Positions 1 through 14,691 of a stretch of DNA of 64,000 nucleotides are shown here, one piece after another; the stretch's first letter is position 1, and each line of letters opens with the position of its first letter. The DNA is from the human T2T-CHM13v2.0 reference genome, Homo sapiens. The stretch lies in NCBI RefSeq assembly GCF_009914755.1, contig NC_060931.1; one strand, written 5' to 3'. The notes under the pieces are model-generated. The model searched no databases. It was given only the letters and a program-made list of their open reading frames with translations, and was not told the DNA's origin. The translations under genes and the position numbers were made by a program.

Positions 1-23
1 GCTGTGATGACAGGAGAGAGTCC

Positions 24-83
24 TAAGTGATCCGCCTACCTTGGCCTCCCAAAGTGCTGGTATTACAAGTGTGAGCCACTGCC
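24..83 (-). mobile_element. Alu left-arm fragment
   Basis: aagtgatccgcc...ctcccaaagtgctggtattacaagtgtgagccac. Confidence 0.85.
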
Positions 84-699
84 TTATAGTATTTTCTTAA
101 AAGTAACTTTATTCAGGGGGAAAAAAATCCCCTAAATCTTGTAGTCGTTTCTGAGAAACGGGAATATTTTCTTGAAGAAGCTTGAAATTGCAGAGGCTTA
201 AATCTTAAATTATATGAGGAGGGAGGAGCAGAGGCTGGCAGCCATGAAATTAGAGCTCCATAATTTGTCTACAGCCATTCAAGAGGGGAAGAAATCAGAA
301 TGATTTTCTGCTCTGCTTCCAATCCAGATGTTGTCTTCCAGCCCAGTAGAGAAGAACAAGACCAGAGCCTAGGAGACCAATCACTTTAAAAATTATAGTG
401 TAAAAATACTTTTTTTATTATGTATTCATTATAAAATTTATACTGTATCCATTATAAATTTAATATTCACTGTAAAAATCAAAAATACAAAAGATCATTA
501 GATAATCACTGATAATCATAACACCCAACGATAACCATAACCAATGTTAATATTTCATGAGTAGCTTTAATATTTCACATTATTTTTTACTCCTACAAAT
601 AATGTAAAATTTATATTTTCATATAAACATTTTGTATGTACATGTTTAAAAGTCAAATATATATTCTACAAGGCTCTACCTACTCTTTAGAGGTACCAC

Positions 700-1046
<347 letters not shown>

Positions 1047-1199
1047 TAAATAGTACACTTTAGTCCTACATCATGCATTTTGAGATGTGGGCATTACTTC
1101 TTGACTTTGACTATGGGAGACAAGGTATTAACTGTTATTCACTCACCCGCATCCACCTCTCCCGCAAATTCACACACTACTCATTCCTTTGCTGAGGGC

Positions 1200-1790
1200 T
1201 TTTCCCGCCACACCAGCCAAATCTTCAGTTCTCTGATTCTCAACACTGGGTTTCCTACAATTCAATTCAATTATGACACTGATTACCCAGAGTAAGCATT
1301 CGAATCCACAGGTTTAAGGGCTCAGTCCCAAAGACTGCTCCCACTTTAGGCACTAGTCATAAATATCAGGTCTCCAGGCTATCCATATTTTTGTCCAACA
1401 TGGCTACAAATTTGGGGTTTCCCACCACCTCCCTTCAGGTTTGATGATTTGCTAGAATGAATCACAGAGCTCAAGAAAACACTGCGTACTGTTACAGGTT
1501 GAGCATCCTAAATTGGAAAATCTGGAATTCAAAATGCCCCAAAATCCAACTTTTTGAGTGTCCACATAATGCTCAAAGGATAATGCTTATTGGGAAGTAT
1601 TTTGCATTTTCTGACATAGAATGCTCAGTTGGTAAGTATAATGCAAATAATCTAAAATCAAAAAAAAAATCTGAGATTTGCAACATGGGTCTCAAGTGTT
1701 TTGGTTAAGGGATACTTGACCTACACCAGTTCATAATAAAAGATGCAACCCCAGAATAGCTGAATGGAAGAAATGTGTGCCCACTCTTAC
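1200..1790 (-). mobile_element. MER21-like LTR fragment, interrupted by Tigger4
   Basis: caattcaattcaattatgacact...gggctcagtcccaaagactgctcccact resembles antisense MER21. Confidence 0.65.
1495..1724. mobile_element. Tigger4a (MER46/Zombi) DNA transposon
   Basis: starts ta-caggttgagcatcc, ends gggatacttgacct; degenerate terminal inverted repeats. Confidence 0.75.
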
Positions 1791-1799
1791 ACCACTTAT

Positions 1800-2810
1800 T
1801 AATACTTATATTATTATAACTATTTGCATCTGATCCACATGGTATACTTTGGTTATTTTTCCCTTCCCTGCACAGCTTTTTGTTTTTCCTGTATTTAACC
1901 ATTGCCTTTCTGTTTGTTTCCTTAATTTGTTTTCTATATACTGTTAACTAATTCAGCTACATGCTTTCTACCACTTGTCTGAATTCCCTCTCAGTCCTCT
2001 CAGCAACCTTAGATATTCTGTCTGCTTTATTTTCATGAAGAGAGCTCCCCAGGGTGCTATGGCCTCATCCATCAGGACTGGCTGCCCTCTAGCAGTGATC
2101 CTGGGATTCCTTTCACTTCTCTTCTGTGTCCCGGATCTCATGCCTTTATCTTTTTTAGCTTATTCTCTCATTTTATTGGTGCATATCTTCAAATAACTAT
2201 TTTTAGTGCTTGTATGTGTAAAAATGTCTGGATTCTGCCTTCCACTTTGAATGACCTTGGCTTAGAATTTGAAGACAATATTCCATTGTCTTCTTACTTC
2301 CAACATGGCTATTGGAGAGTTCAGAGACATTCTGACTCCTAGTTCTTTCAATGTAACTTGTCTCTTTCTCTTTTGAAATTCTTTTATTCTGGGTGCTCTG
2401 AAATTTGGTGATGCTGTGTTTTGGAGTATATTTCTTTTTATTCATTGCACTGGCACTCAATAGAACTTTCCATTTGAAATGTGTGTGCATTGTTGATATC
2501 CTTACTTCGTGTGTATGTGTGTGTGTGTGTGTGTGTGGTCTCTATTTTTGGAACTCTTTTTGTTTTTGTTTGGGTGTTGAACCATCCTTGTGGACTGTTT
2601 CTTTGTTTTTCTTTAATCTCTGATTTTTCATCTTTTATCTTTTGTCTGTATTTCTGGGGTATTTTCTTAACTTTGTTTTTCTAAATTTTCTGTTTCTGCT
2701 TTTACATTTTTAATTTTCAAGGGTTCTTTTTGGTTCTTTATCGATCTTTTGCCATAACACTCAGTACTTGTTTTATCAATGCAATATCCTTTCTAATTAT
2801 CTGAGACTGT
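1800..2810 (-). mobile_element. old L1M fragment(s)
   Basis: long T-rich degenerate sequence typical of antisense L1. Confidence 0.5.
2508..2537. repeat. (TG)n microsatellite
   Basis: direct reading. Confidence 0.95.
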
Positions 2811-2829
2811 GAATGTCATTTTTTCTTGA

Positions 2830-3535
<706 letters not shown>

Positions 3536-3924
3536 GATTTTCTTATTTTTGTTTTTACCAGTGGATAATCACATTATGTGATTTTTTTTAATAAGTAAGT
3601 AATTTGCCTCTTTATTTCCTATCATTATATGTATATTTTTTACCTTAACTGCAGTCTGCAGAGCAATGTTGAGTATTAATGGTGAGAACAAATCTTTATC
3701 TCATTCCTGACTTAATGAAATACCTTGAATGTTTCACCATTATGACTCATATTGGCTGTTTTAAATAGACATCAGATTAGGGACATTTTCTGTCTAATTT
3801 ACTCTGAGTTTTTCTTGGCGACACATATTGGATGTTTTCATTGCTTTTTTGGCATTTATTAAGGTATTTATATATTTTTCTCTTGATTTATTAATCTTTT
3901 GAATTATATTAATCGATTGTCTAA

Positions 3925-4219
3925 CCGGGCGCGGTGGCTCACGCTTGTAATCCCAGCACTTTGGGAGGCTGAGGCAGGCAGATCACCTGAGGTTGGAAGT
4001 TCGAGACCAGCCTGACCAACATGGAGAAACCCCATCTCTACTAAAAATACAAAATTAGCCAGTCGTGGTGGCAGGTACCTGTAATCCCAGCTACTCGGGA
4101 GGCTGAGGCAGGAGAAATCACTTGAACCCGGGACGCAGAAGTTGTGGTGAGCCGAGATCGTGCCATCGCACTCCAGCCTGGGCAACAAAGAGCGAAACTC
4201 CCTCTCAAAAAAAAAAAAA
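3925..4219 (+). mobile_element. Alu (AluSp-like)
   Basis: cctgaccaacatggagaaa diagnostic segment; A-tail; gattgtctaa TSD. Confidence 0.95.
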
Positions 4220-4302
4220 GATTGTCTAAAATATGACCATATTTGTATTTCTAGAGTAAACACTTCTTGGTCCTGGTTTATTAGTTGTTAGTATTTAAAG
4301 AT

Positions 4303-4592
4303 TTTTTTTTTTTTTTGAGACAGTCTTTCTCTGTCGCCCAGGATGGAGTGCAGTCGCGCGATCTCGGCTCACCGCAAACTCTGCCTCTCGGGCTCAAGAA
4401 ATTCTCTTGCCTCAGCCTCGCGAGTAGTGGCATTACAGGCATGTGCCACAAGGTCTAGCTAATTTTTGTATTTTTAGTAGAGACTGGGTTTCGCCATGTT
4501 GGCCAGGCTGGTCTCGTCGCGACCTCAAGTGATCCACCTGTGTCGGCCTCCCAAAGTGCTGGAATTACAGGCATGAGCCAGTGCACCTGGCT
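4303..4592 (-). mobile_element. Alu
   Basis: poly-T followed by antisense Alu body. Confidence 0.95.
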
Positions 4593-4679
4593 TACTTGAA
4601 AATTTTAACCCTCAGTGGATTAGTGGAACTCGTGTACTTTTTCTTTTGTGTGTGCATGTGCTTTTTAAATGAAAAAGAC

Positions 4680-4970
4680 AGCCTTGGTGAGATATAATTC
4701 ACGTCATATATTTTAAACATTTAAAGTGTATAATTAAATGGTTTTTAGTACGTTCACAGAGTTCTGCAACCATCACTGCAGTTTTAGTATATGTGCTGCA
4801 CCCTTAAAAGAAACGCCATTCTCATTTCCCTCTAACTCTCCCAGCCCCAGGCAACCACAAATCTATTTTCTGTCTCTTTGGATTTGCCTGTTCTGGATGT
4901 TTTACAGAAATGGAATAGGTGGTCTTTTGTGAGTGGCTTCTTTCTGTTAGCATCATGCTTTCAAGGCGTG
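4680..4970 (-). mobile_element. L1MB/MC 3-prime end
   Basis: gagatataattcac...cccaggcaaccacaaatctattttctgtctct. Confidence 0.75.
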
Positions 4971-5074
4971 TGTGCTGGCTTGAGTGCTTTTCTAAGAGCA
5001 TTATATAAGCTTGGAGAAAATGATAAACTTTTAAATTTTATTTTCTGTTCTAGACTACTTCAGATTGCATGGCG

Positions 5075-5375
5075 TTTTTCTTTTTTTTATTCTTTTTTTT
5101 TTTATTATACTCTAAGTTCTAGGGTACATGTGCACAATGTGCAGGTTTGCTACATATGTATACATGTGCCATGTTGGTGTGCTGCACCCATTAACTCATC
5201 ATTCACATTAGGTATATCTCCTAATGCTATCCCTCCCCACTCCCTCCACCCCACAGCAGGCCCTGGTGTGTGATGTTCCCCACCCTGTGTCCAAGTGTTC
5301 TCATTGTTCAATTCCCACCTATGAGTGAGAACATGTGGTGTTTGGTTTTTTGTCCTTGCAATAGTTTGCTGAGAA
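5075..5375 (-). mobile_element. L1PA 3-prime end, 5-prime truncated
   Basis: ttattatactctaagttctagggtacatgtgcacaatgtgcagg... Confidence 0.95.
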
Positions 5376-6090
5376 TTGCATGACATTTTTCTAGTCCTCA
5401 AAAAATTGACAGAATTTACCTATAATACCCTCTGGGTCTAATGTCTTTCTGGATAGTCATTCTCGACAGCCTTTCCAGGATTTTCAGTGATTAGTCTATG
5501 CCAGTTTTCTACTCTGTCGCAGAAAGTTTTCTTGACCATTCTTCTACTCATCATTTAAAAATTTAAAAGCTTCTATATGTTTTTGGTAAGAGTTCTTTGC
5601 TCAGATCTAATAGCATTTATCAGTGTTTTTCTCTCCTTTAAAGTGAGATTAATTTTAAAATCCTTTCGACGAACTAACTCCTTATTCTCGGTTCCCCTCT
5701 TTCCTTATATTTGAATTTTATTAATTCATTTTGTCTGTTCCTCTTTTCTCCTTGGTCTGCTTGCTCTCTTTCTGCCCTTTTGAGTTGAAATCTCAGTTCA
5801 TTTATTTTCTTTTTGTCTTGCTTAATAGCAAAAGCATTTAATATTATGTATTTCCCTCAAGTATGGATCTTGCTACAGCTCATAAGTTTTTATATGTAAT
5901 GTTTGAGTTGTCACTGTTTTCTAGATAGTGTTTAATTCCAGACTTTCTTTCCTCTTTGGTCTAAGAGTTATTTAGAAGTATTTTTAAAAACCAAATCAAT
6001 TTTTTAAATATAAGCTTCTATTCTTAATTTCTTTCACCGAATTGTGGTTTTTTTTGTTTGTTTGTTTTTTTAAGAATTAAAATTTTGATT

Positions 6091-6416
6091 TGGGCACAGT
6101 GGCTCATGCCTGTAATCCCAACACTTTTGGAGGCCAAGGCAGGAGGATCTCTTGAGCCCAAGAGTTCAAGATGAGCCTGGACAATATAGCAAGACCCCAA
6201 CTCTACAAAAAATGAAATGATAAATAAGTGATACATGATAAATAAATGACAAGAAAAATGATAAATAGGGCGCACACCTGTAGTCCCAGCTTCTTGGGAG
6301 TCTGAGATGGGAGGATCACTTGAGCCCAAGACTTTGAGGCTGCAGTGAGGTATGATTTCACCACTGCACTTCAGCCTGGGTGACAGAGTGAGGCTCTCTT
6401 TAGAAAAAAAAAAAAG
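6091..6416 (+). mobile_element. AluJ with expanded AT-rich linker
   Basis: gaggatctcttgagccc; linker contains repeated aaatgataaata. Confidence 0.9.
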
Positions 6417-6422
6417 ATTTTA

Positions 6423-6730
<308 letters not shown>

Positions 6731-7449
6731 TTTTAGGGAGGCCTAATATATGATCAGTTTTTATAATGGCTGTTGGATAAAAAAGTATTTATTGGGTAGA
6801 AAAGTTGGTATGCATTTAAAAAAATCATTTGTATTTGCTTCCTTGGTTTGTTCCTGAGAAGCAGTATGAACTGAGCAGAGCAGGGGGTGACTCTGTCTAC
6901 TTTCTAGTGCAGTGTCTGATAAAAAGGGGCCTCTCTGGTGGATACAGGCCCAGAGGCTCTGGAGCAAGAATTAAGCATCTTGTTTTTTTGTTGTTGTTGT
7001 TTTCTGGCCAGTTATGTAAAGTATAGTCAGTGTTTTCTCTGTGCTGAATCATGGGTTGCTTTTTCTCAATTTTTCTCCATCTGCCTTAACATGATTGGTG
7101 ATTCTACCTAGATCCTGGCCTTAGATTCTGTGTTGCTCTTATTATTCTGACTTCTGCCATCCATCATTTTCTCTGTTCTCTCTGGTGGTTTAGTAAGTCC
7201 CAGACCGGAAACTCCAGGAGGGTAAGAGACATGCCAACATTGTTCATTATTGTGTCTCCAGGGCATAAGTACCCTGCCTGGAATAGAGTAAATAAACATT
7301 TTTTTTTGCATGAATTTCAGTTGCGAGTGGCTGCCTGGGTAAAGGGGAGTGCTAACCAGATTTCATTTGGAACATCATTCATAATTATATTCCAGGTATC
7401 TTTTGTCTAGCATTATAACCCAGTTCACCAGCAAACTTGGTTCCACAGT

Positions 7450-7813
7450 TGTAGTAGTCTTTTGTCACATTGCTGATAAAGATATAACTGAGACTAGGAA
7501 ATTTACAAGAGAAAGAGGTTTAATGGGCTCACAGTTGCATGTGGCTGGAGAGGCCTCACAATCATGGTGGAAGGGGAAAGGCACGTCTAACGTGGTGGTA
7601 GGCCAGAAAAAAGAATGAGAACCAAGCATAAAAGATTTCCCTTTATAAAACCATCAGATCTCATGAGACTTATTCACTACCATGAGAGCAGGTTGGGGGA
7701 AACTTCCCCCATGATTTAATTACCTCCCACTGGGTCCTTCCCACAACACGTGGGAATTATGGGAGCTACAATTCAAGATGAGATTTGGGAGGGGACACAG
7801 CCAAGCCATATCA
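7450..7813 (-). mobile_element. THE1 solo LTR (MaLR)
   Basis: tgtagtagtc...ggggacacagccaagccatatca; acagt/acaat flanks. Confidence 0.9.
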
Positions 7814-8262
7814 ACAATATTCATGGTTGACATTCTTTAATCACTATCCTGTGTATGTCAGATAGCAGATAAGAGGAAAATGTGAATGAGGCTCTGAATT
7901 AAGCCACATGTTCAGGATGCTGTCCCAGACTTCCGCTCTTGACTGTCTCATCTCTTTCAGCACCACCTTCTCTCCTTCTCTGCACAAATCCTCAGTGAGT
8001 GTTGAATATCTCATCAGGTCTGTTTGAGGACATCAGCAGACACTCCTTTTGGTTCTTGGCATTCCAGCTCCCAAATGGGCTTTCCACGTCTTTCTTCCAA
8101 GAGCTTTTCTCACTGTGTTCTGGCTCTACTCAATGACTCACTTGCTAATCTCCCATATACCTATTCACACTATGATATCAAAAGCTCATATCACAACTTA
8201 ATATGTCCCAGGGTATTGTCAACTGAAGAATGATCGGGTTCATACATTTGGAAAGGGGAGCT

Positions 8263-8648
8263 TTTTTAAAATTTTTAAGTTCCAGGGTACATGTGCAGGT
8301 TTGTTACAGAGGTAAACATGTGCCATGGTGGTTTGCTGCACCTAGCAACCCATCACCTAGGTATTAAGCCCAGGATGCATTGTCCCCCAGACTCCACCAA
8401 CAGGCCCCAGTGTGTGTTGTTCCTCTCCCTGTGTCCATGTATTCTCATTGTTCAGCTCCCACTTACAAGTGAGAACATGTGGTATTTGGTTTTCTGTTCC
8501 AGTTTTAGTTTGCTGAGGATAACGGCTTCTGGCTTCATACATGTCACTCCAAAGGACATGATCTGGTTCCTTTGTATTATATTCCATGGTGTATATGTAC
8601 CACATTTTCTTTATCCAGTCTATCATTGATAGGCATTTGGGTTGATTG
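8263..8648 (-). mobile_element. L1PA (older) 3-prime end
   Basis: ttttaagttccagggtacatgtgcaggtttgttac...tttatccagtctatcattgat. Confidence 0.9.
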
Positions 8649-8649
8649 G

Positions 8650-9625
8650 AAAGAAGAACTTTATTTCTCATAAATGGTTGCAGCCTTCCCAGGCCATTCT
8701 GACAGCCTGGGAAGTGTAGCCTCTGGTCAGAAGCCAGAAATACTTTGAGAGAAGGTCAAAGGTAACAAGAATTTATGCTGAGTGGGGTGGCTAAATGTAT
8801 GTATTTAATAAGCTATAGGAGGAGTCATAAATATTTACCAAAGGAGAAATGTGTGCATGAACAATTCAGCTTTATGCCTCTTCATGAGTTGCATGTACAA
8901 AAATGGCAGTGTTAGCATGATCTGAGGGTGGAATTTTCAGCTCTCTGACATCAAAAGGTGAAATAGAGGACATGAAACCCCTCACTGCACATCCTCCGTT
9001 GAACTATTCCGTGGTCAGTGGTCTCTTATCAAGAAGGAATCCTGGGCCAGGCATGATGGCACACACCTATAATCCAAGCACTTTGGGAGGTCAAGGCAGG
9101 CAGAATGGCTTGAGCTCGGGAGTTTGAGACCAGCCTGGGCAACATGGTGAAACCCCATTTCTACAAAAAAATACAAAAATTAGCCAGGTGTGGTGGTATG
9201 CATCTATAGTGGCAGCTACTCAGGAGGCTGAGATGGGCCCATTACATGAGCCTGGGAGGTCAAGGCTACAGTGAGCCATGACACATCACTGCACTCCAGC
9301 CTGGGCAGCAGAGCAAAATCTTGTTTCAAAAAAAAAAAAAAGAAGGAATGCTGGTCAGTTGTTCATGTTGAAACCATCAAAGGGAGGGGCAGCAGTCAGA
9401 CAGTTGGCTGAAATAGTAGGTGGAGCCTATTGAAAGGGCTGGTTTCTGTTTGGCACCTAGGGTAGAAAGCTTAATGGCAGTTAGGGAGGGGGAGGTATAA
9501 AGAGGTGTGTTCAACCTCCCATCCTGTCATGGCTGGAAACTCAGTTTGAAGGTTGCTCTGGGGTCCTCTTTGCCAGGTGGGGTCCAGTCAGTCAGTTGAG
9601 GGGTTTTGGATTTTATTATTTCCCA
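8650..9625 (-). mobile_element. MER4-group ERV1 LTR (subfamily uncertain), split by an Alu
   Basis: ends ctctggggtcctctttgccagg...cagtcagttgaggggttttggattttattatttccca, the antisense start of a MER4-group LTR. Confidence 0.7.
9044..9341 (+). mobile_element. AluJ inside LTR
   Basis: dimer with aagaaggaat(c/g)ctgg TSD. Confidence 0.95.
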
Positions 9626-9959
9626 GTATGAATATTTTCCAGGGTTTTGTTTTGTTTTTTGTTTTTGTTTTTTTTTTGCATTTTAATAAGTCTGTATCCA
9701 TCTTCTCATTTATTCATTTAGCAAACATTTCTTGAACATCACTATGAGGAAAGCGCTGTGCCAGACCCCAGACCAGACCCTATGGGATGAGCCAACAGTT
9801 CTTGTTCCCAGAGAAGGCAGCTCTCTCTCATGCTCATAGTCCACACTCCCCAGCCAGCACGGGGCATAGGGACTTCATCTGAAATCTCAAATCCCATGTG
9901 GCAAATATCACAGTGGCTAGGAGATGACTTCTTTGTGAGAGATTTTCCTGTTTGAGTAA

Positions 9960-10120
9960 GAGAACAAGTTAGGCTTTTGAAACCAAGTAGAGCTGGATCA
10001 AACTTTGGTCCCAGTACTTGTCAGTTGTTTGACCTAATGAAAGGCAGGGAACCTTCTGTTCCTATGAGAAGGCTCAGGATACATCACCTACCCCTCAGAG
10101 CTCCTGTGAAGATTAGACTG
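9960..10120 (+). mobile_element. MIR fragment
   Basis: ggcttttgaaacc...tacttgtcagttgtttgacc...tgtgaagatta. Confidence 0.55.
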
Positions 10121-10123
10121 TGA

Positions 10124-10417
<294 letters not shown>

Positions 10418-10576
10418 TTAAGCTTTGAATAGTATGTGAGATGCCAGTGACCTGACCGCCAAGTATATTGCGAGAGTCAGTGAATTGTTAGTTCTTTTTT
10501 ATAATTCGAAAATCAAGTATTATAAGGCCTGGGAAGGATGCTTATGATATTAAATTCATATTTTAAAATGAGCCTT

Positions 10577-10845
10577 GGCCGGGCGTAGTGGCTCATGCCT
10601 GTAATCCCAGCACTTTGGGAGGCCGAGGCGGGTGGGAGGCCTAGGTGGGTGGATAACCTGAGGTCAGGAGTTTAAGACCAGCCTGGCCAACATAGTGAAA
10701 CCCTGTCTCTACTAAAAATACAAAACTTAGCCGGGCATGGTGGCATGGTGGCGGACGCCTGTAATCCCAGCTACTCAGGAGGCTATGGCAGGAGAATCGC
10801 TTGAACTCTTGGCGGAGGCTGCAGACTCCATAAAAAAAAAAAACA
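10577..10845 (+). mobile_element. Alu with small internal duplications and 3-prime deletion
   Basis: gggaggccgaggcgggt/gggaggcctaggtgggt and gcatggtggcatggtgg. Confidence 0.9.
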
Positions 10846-10877
10846 AAGCCTCTCTGTAGAAAGGATCTAATGGCATT

Positions 10878-12095
10878 CTTGAACCCAAAATATCTGAGAC
10901 AGATTTCAACCATTTTAGAAAGTTTATTTTGCGAAGGTTCAGGACACACCTGTGACACAGGCTCAGGAGGTCCTGATGACATGTACCCAAGGTGGACGGG
11001 GTGCAGCTTACTTTTATACATTTTAGGGAGATGGAGACGTGAGACATCTATCACTATGTGTAAGACAGACATTGGTTCTGTCCAGTAAGGTGGGACAACT
11101 CGAAGCGGGGGGTTCCAGGTCACAGGTAGATAAGAGACAGAAGGTTGAATTCTTTTGAGTCCTTGATTAACCTTCCACTGAATACACAATTTAGTCTGGC
11201 TCAGTGTGTCTGCATTTTTACAAAAACAATAGAGGCAGAGGAAACAATCAGATATGAATTTGTCTCAGGTGAGCAGAGGGATGACTTTCTGTCCTGCACC
11301 TGTGAAGATAAGCTATCCGTTTACATTGTCAGGGTGAAATTCAACAGAACCCTCTGACGGAAAAGATCTTGAGGCCTGCAGGGAATTTCCTTGTGGGCAA
11401 ATTGCAGGGGAGATATGCACCTCTTTTGTCTTTTAAGCTATCTTATTTAGGAATAAAATAGGAAGCAGGTTTGCCTGATGTAGTTCCCAGCGTGACTTTT
11501 CCCTTGGCTTTGTGATTCTGGGGTTATTTTGTTACCGGAAAGGGGTCCTGATCCAGACCCCAAGAGAGAGTTCTTGGATCTTGTGCAAGAAAGAATTCAG
11601 GACAAGTCCGTAGAGTAAAGTGAAAGCACGTTTATTAGGAAAGTAAAGGAATAAAAGAATGGCTACTCCATAGCCAGAGCAGCCCCGAAGGCTGCTGGTT
11701 GCCCATTTTTATGGTTATTTCTTGATGATATGCTAAACAAGGGGTGGATTATTCATGCCTCCCCTTTTTACACCATATAGGGTAATTTGCTGTCATTACC
11801 ATGGCATTTGTAAACTGCAGTGGTGCTGGTGGGAGCATAGCGGTGAAAATGACCAGAGGTCACTCTCGTCTCCATCTTGGTTTTGGTGGGTTTTAACCAG
11901 TGTCTTTACCACAACTTGTTTTTGATCAACAAAGTTTTTATGACCTGTATCTTGTGCCGACCTCTTATCTCATTCTGTGACTTAGAGCGCCTTAACTGTC
12001 TGGGAATCCAGCCCAGTAGGTTCCAGCCTTATTTTACCCAGCTCCTTTTCAAGATGGAGTTGCTCTGTTTCAAACAGCTCTGACATTTTTACACA
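10878..12095 (-). mobile_element. MER4A-like solo LTR, interrupted near its 5-prime end by MER41
   Basis: gaacccaaaatatctgagacag...ttagaaagtttattttgc...agttcccagcgtgacttttcccttggc; terminus ttacaca resumes after 12085. Confidence 0.85.
11530..12085 (-). mobile_element. MER41A-type solo LTR (no GAS segment)
   Basis: tgttaccggaaaggggtcc...ctctgaca; attcatgcctcccc junction lacks the GAS block. Confidence 0.9.
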
Positions 12096-12428
12096 TTTTA
12101 TCCAGAACAGCAGGCATCTCCAGAAGGCAGGGACACCACTGCCCACCCTTCCTTTCCTCTACCACTCTTTGAAGCCACGCTGTGTTTCCCAGTAGGGCGC
12201 TCTGTTCTCTCCAATCCCCACACTGTCAAAGACAGCCACAAGCAGAGATCTGTGTGAGGGGTCACCTGCTGCCAGGGCTCAGGCAGCAGGCTTGGCCAGT
12301 CCTTTTCCAGCATTCAGCCTGTGTATGGAAGGATTCTATCCTGTGCATTAGCAGAATAACATCTAATTGGTCTTTGTTTGCTCCAGAACATAGAAAGTAG
12401 AGCTTTTTCATTGCATTAACAACTACAT

Positions 12429-13203
12429 CGAAACAGGAGACTTCTCTCACCCCCCTTGCAGGATGTGCTGCAGGGGCGTGGCTTGTCTGTTCGCCACCCT
12501 TAATAGGACGGGGAGCAAGTAAACAGTCAGGTGCAGGAGCGGGGGCCAGTGCTTTTGGGCTGCAGCCCCACGGTAGCATCTAAGATGGGTGCCTGTGGCT
12601 GCCAAAGCCCTATTGGGCATGTTGCATTTATACGTTTGTACTCAGATACATTTAGCTCAGTTGCAGTGCTCCTTTAGCTCTGCTACCTACAGATGGCTTA
12701 AATGTTAACCAGCTCAGTGCCCTGTTGGTGCCTGGGTTCTTGCCTGGTGTCCAGGAAGAATCAGGTCACACATGGACTTGAAGGATGGTGAATGCAGGGG
12801 TTTTACTGAGTGTTGGAGGTGGTTCTCAGCAGGATGGATGGGAACGTGGAAAGGTGATGGAGTGGGAAGAGGATCTTCCCCTGGAGTTTGGCTGTCCAGC
12901 GGCTCACCTCCTCTCCAACCGTCCCCAGCTGAACTCCTCTCCATGTTCAGACGCTCCTTCTTTTCTCTCATTCTCTGCTGCCCTGTTCAGCGGGTCTTCT
13001 GTTCGTCTGCTCCGGGAGCTGGGGGTTCGGGGTTTATATGGGTACAGGGTAGGGGGCGTGGCGGGCCAAAAGGCAATGTTTGGGTGTGAAAACAGGAATG
13101 GCTGTTCCCATTTAGGGCCACAGGTTTCCAGGCTTGAGGGTGGGGCCTTTGCTGGGGAACCGCCCTCTTCTACCCAGTATTTTCCTGTCTCCTGTCCATA
13201 TCA
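12429..13203 (-). mobile_element. LTR1-family solo LTR (ERV1)
   Basis: ends cttctacccagtattttcctgtctcctgtccatatca; ACAT 4-bp TSD. Confidence 0.75.
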
Positions 13204-13254
13204 ACATGAAGTAGTACATGGGCAGAACGGATATACAGGTAGGGTTGGATATTG

Positions 13255-14395
13255 CTTAAAAAAAAAACACCTTTCGGCAAATTAAATTTAACAGAGTCTA
13301 ATTGTGCAAAGAACAATTCACAAATCAGACAGCCTACAGAAGAAGAATAGGTTCAGAATGACTCTGGGGCTACCACATGGGCAGATAACATAACATTTAT
13401 GGACAGAAAAAGGAAAGCAGAATACAGAAAAAAAAAGTGACAGACAGAAACAGCTGGGCTGATTACAGCTGGGCATTTGCCTTATTTGAACCTGCTTTGA
13501 ACAGTTGGTTGCCTGTGGTTGGCTGAGACTCAGTTATTTGTTACAAGAGCAGGTTACAGTCTGTTTACACATTAAGATAAGTTACAGTTTACTATGTATG
13601 GAGAAAATTTCAGGCTGAGGACTAAGCTCTAATTTTTTCTTGTCTTGCCCAAATATCTAAGAGACCTGGGGAGTCATGCCTTATAAATCATAGTCTCATC
13701 ACATGGGTTTTATTTAACCCTATAGATCGTGACTTACTTTCCAGTCTGACTCTGGCATAACACAACATGACAAAGAAGAAAGTCAAAATATTTTATCCCA
13801 AAACATGTTTCTTGGCCATATTTTGAAATGGTCCTGCAAAGCCATTCATTGTGGGGGGGAAAATTGCATCTGTAAAGAATCTCTGTTTACATAGCTAGAT
13901 CTTTTTCTCTAGGCCCTCCCTATCCTGAAGAGATTACCTGACAGTCTAGCACCTTTTAAAGGTCTGAATAAAACATTCGTCATCTACTGTCTCTAAGGGC
14001 AGCTGCTATGAGACTTCAAAAGAACCTTGGTCTCCACAATGTTTTATTTTAACATGAACATTTCCTTTCTATTAACCCCAGGTCTTTAGACACACTCAAC
14101 CAGTTGTCAACTAGAAAGTGTTTAAATTCACCTTATAGCCTGGAAGCCCGCAGCTTCGAATTGTCCTGCCTTTATGGACCAAACCAATGTAGTTCTCTAA
14201 TGTATTTGAGTGATGTCTCATGCCTCCCTAAAATATATAAAGCCAAGCTGTACCCCGACCACCTTGGGCACATGTTCTTAGGACCCCCTGAGGGCTGTGT
14301 CACGGGCCATGGTCACTCATATTTGGCTCAGAATAAATCTCTTCAAGTGTTTTACAGAGTTCAACTCTGTTCATCAACAAGGCCAAACTTAACAC
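13255..14395 (-). mobile_element. MER57-like LTR, interrupted by MER4D/E
   Basis: aattaaatttaacagagt...gaataggttcagaatgactc...ccttatttgaac. Confidence 0.7.
13616..14379 (+). mobile_element. MER4D/E-like solo LTR
   Basis: tgaggactaagctct...gaataaatctcttc...catcaaca; AGGC TSD. Confidence 0.85.
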
Positions 14396-14691
14396 AACAA
14401 TATGTCTATCAAATAGACAAGGATGGCAGCATTGGACCATAGGAGTGGGAGGGAAAAGTAAGCTACCAACTGTGAGATTCTTATTACCTAAATAAAATTT
14501 TTGGTAAAAAACGATAAAAATAAATACTAAATCACCACCATCTCAAAAAACAAAACAAAACACTACAAGCAGGGCAGTCATTTTTGTGGTCACTGCCCAC
14601 CTGCAATTGGTCTGTGTGATGGACCTTTTGAAGGATAAGTAGATCTCACACCATATAATGGAGTTTGAGACCAAAATATAAGAAGTAGTAG

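Noticed and set aside
10641-11189. 182-aa minus-strand ORF
   Set aside because: Chimera of MER4 LTR and Alu sequence.
12785-13285. 166-aa ORF and overlapping ORFs
   Set aside because: Within a GC-rich LTR1-family LTR; no gag, pol or env motifs.
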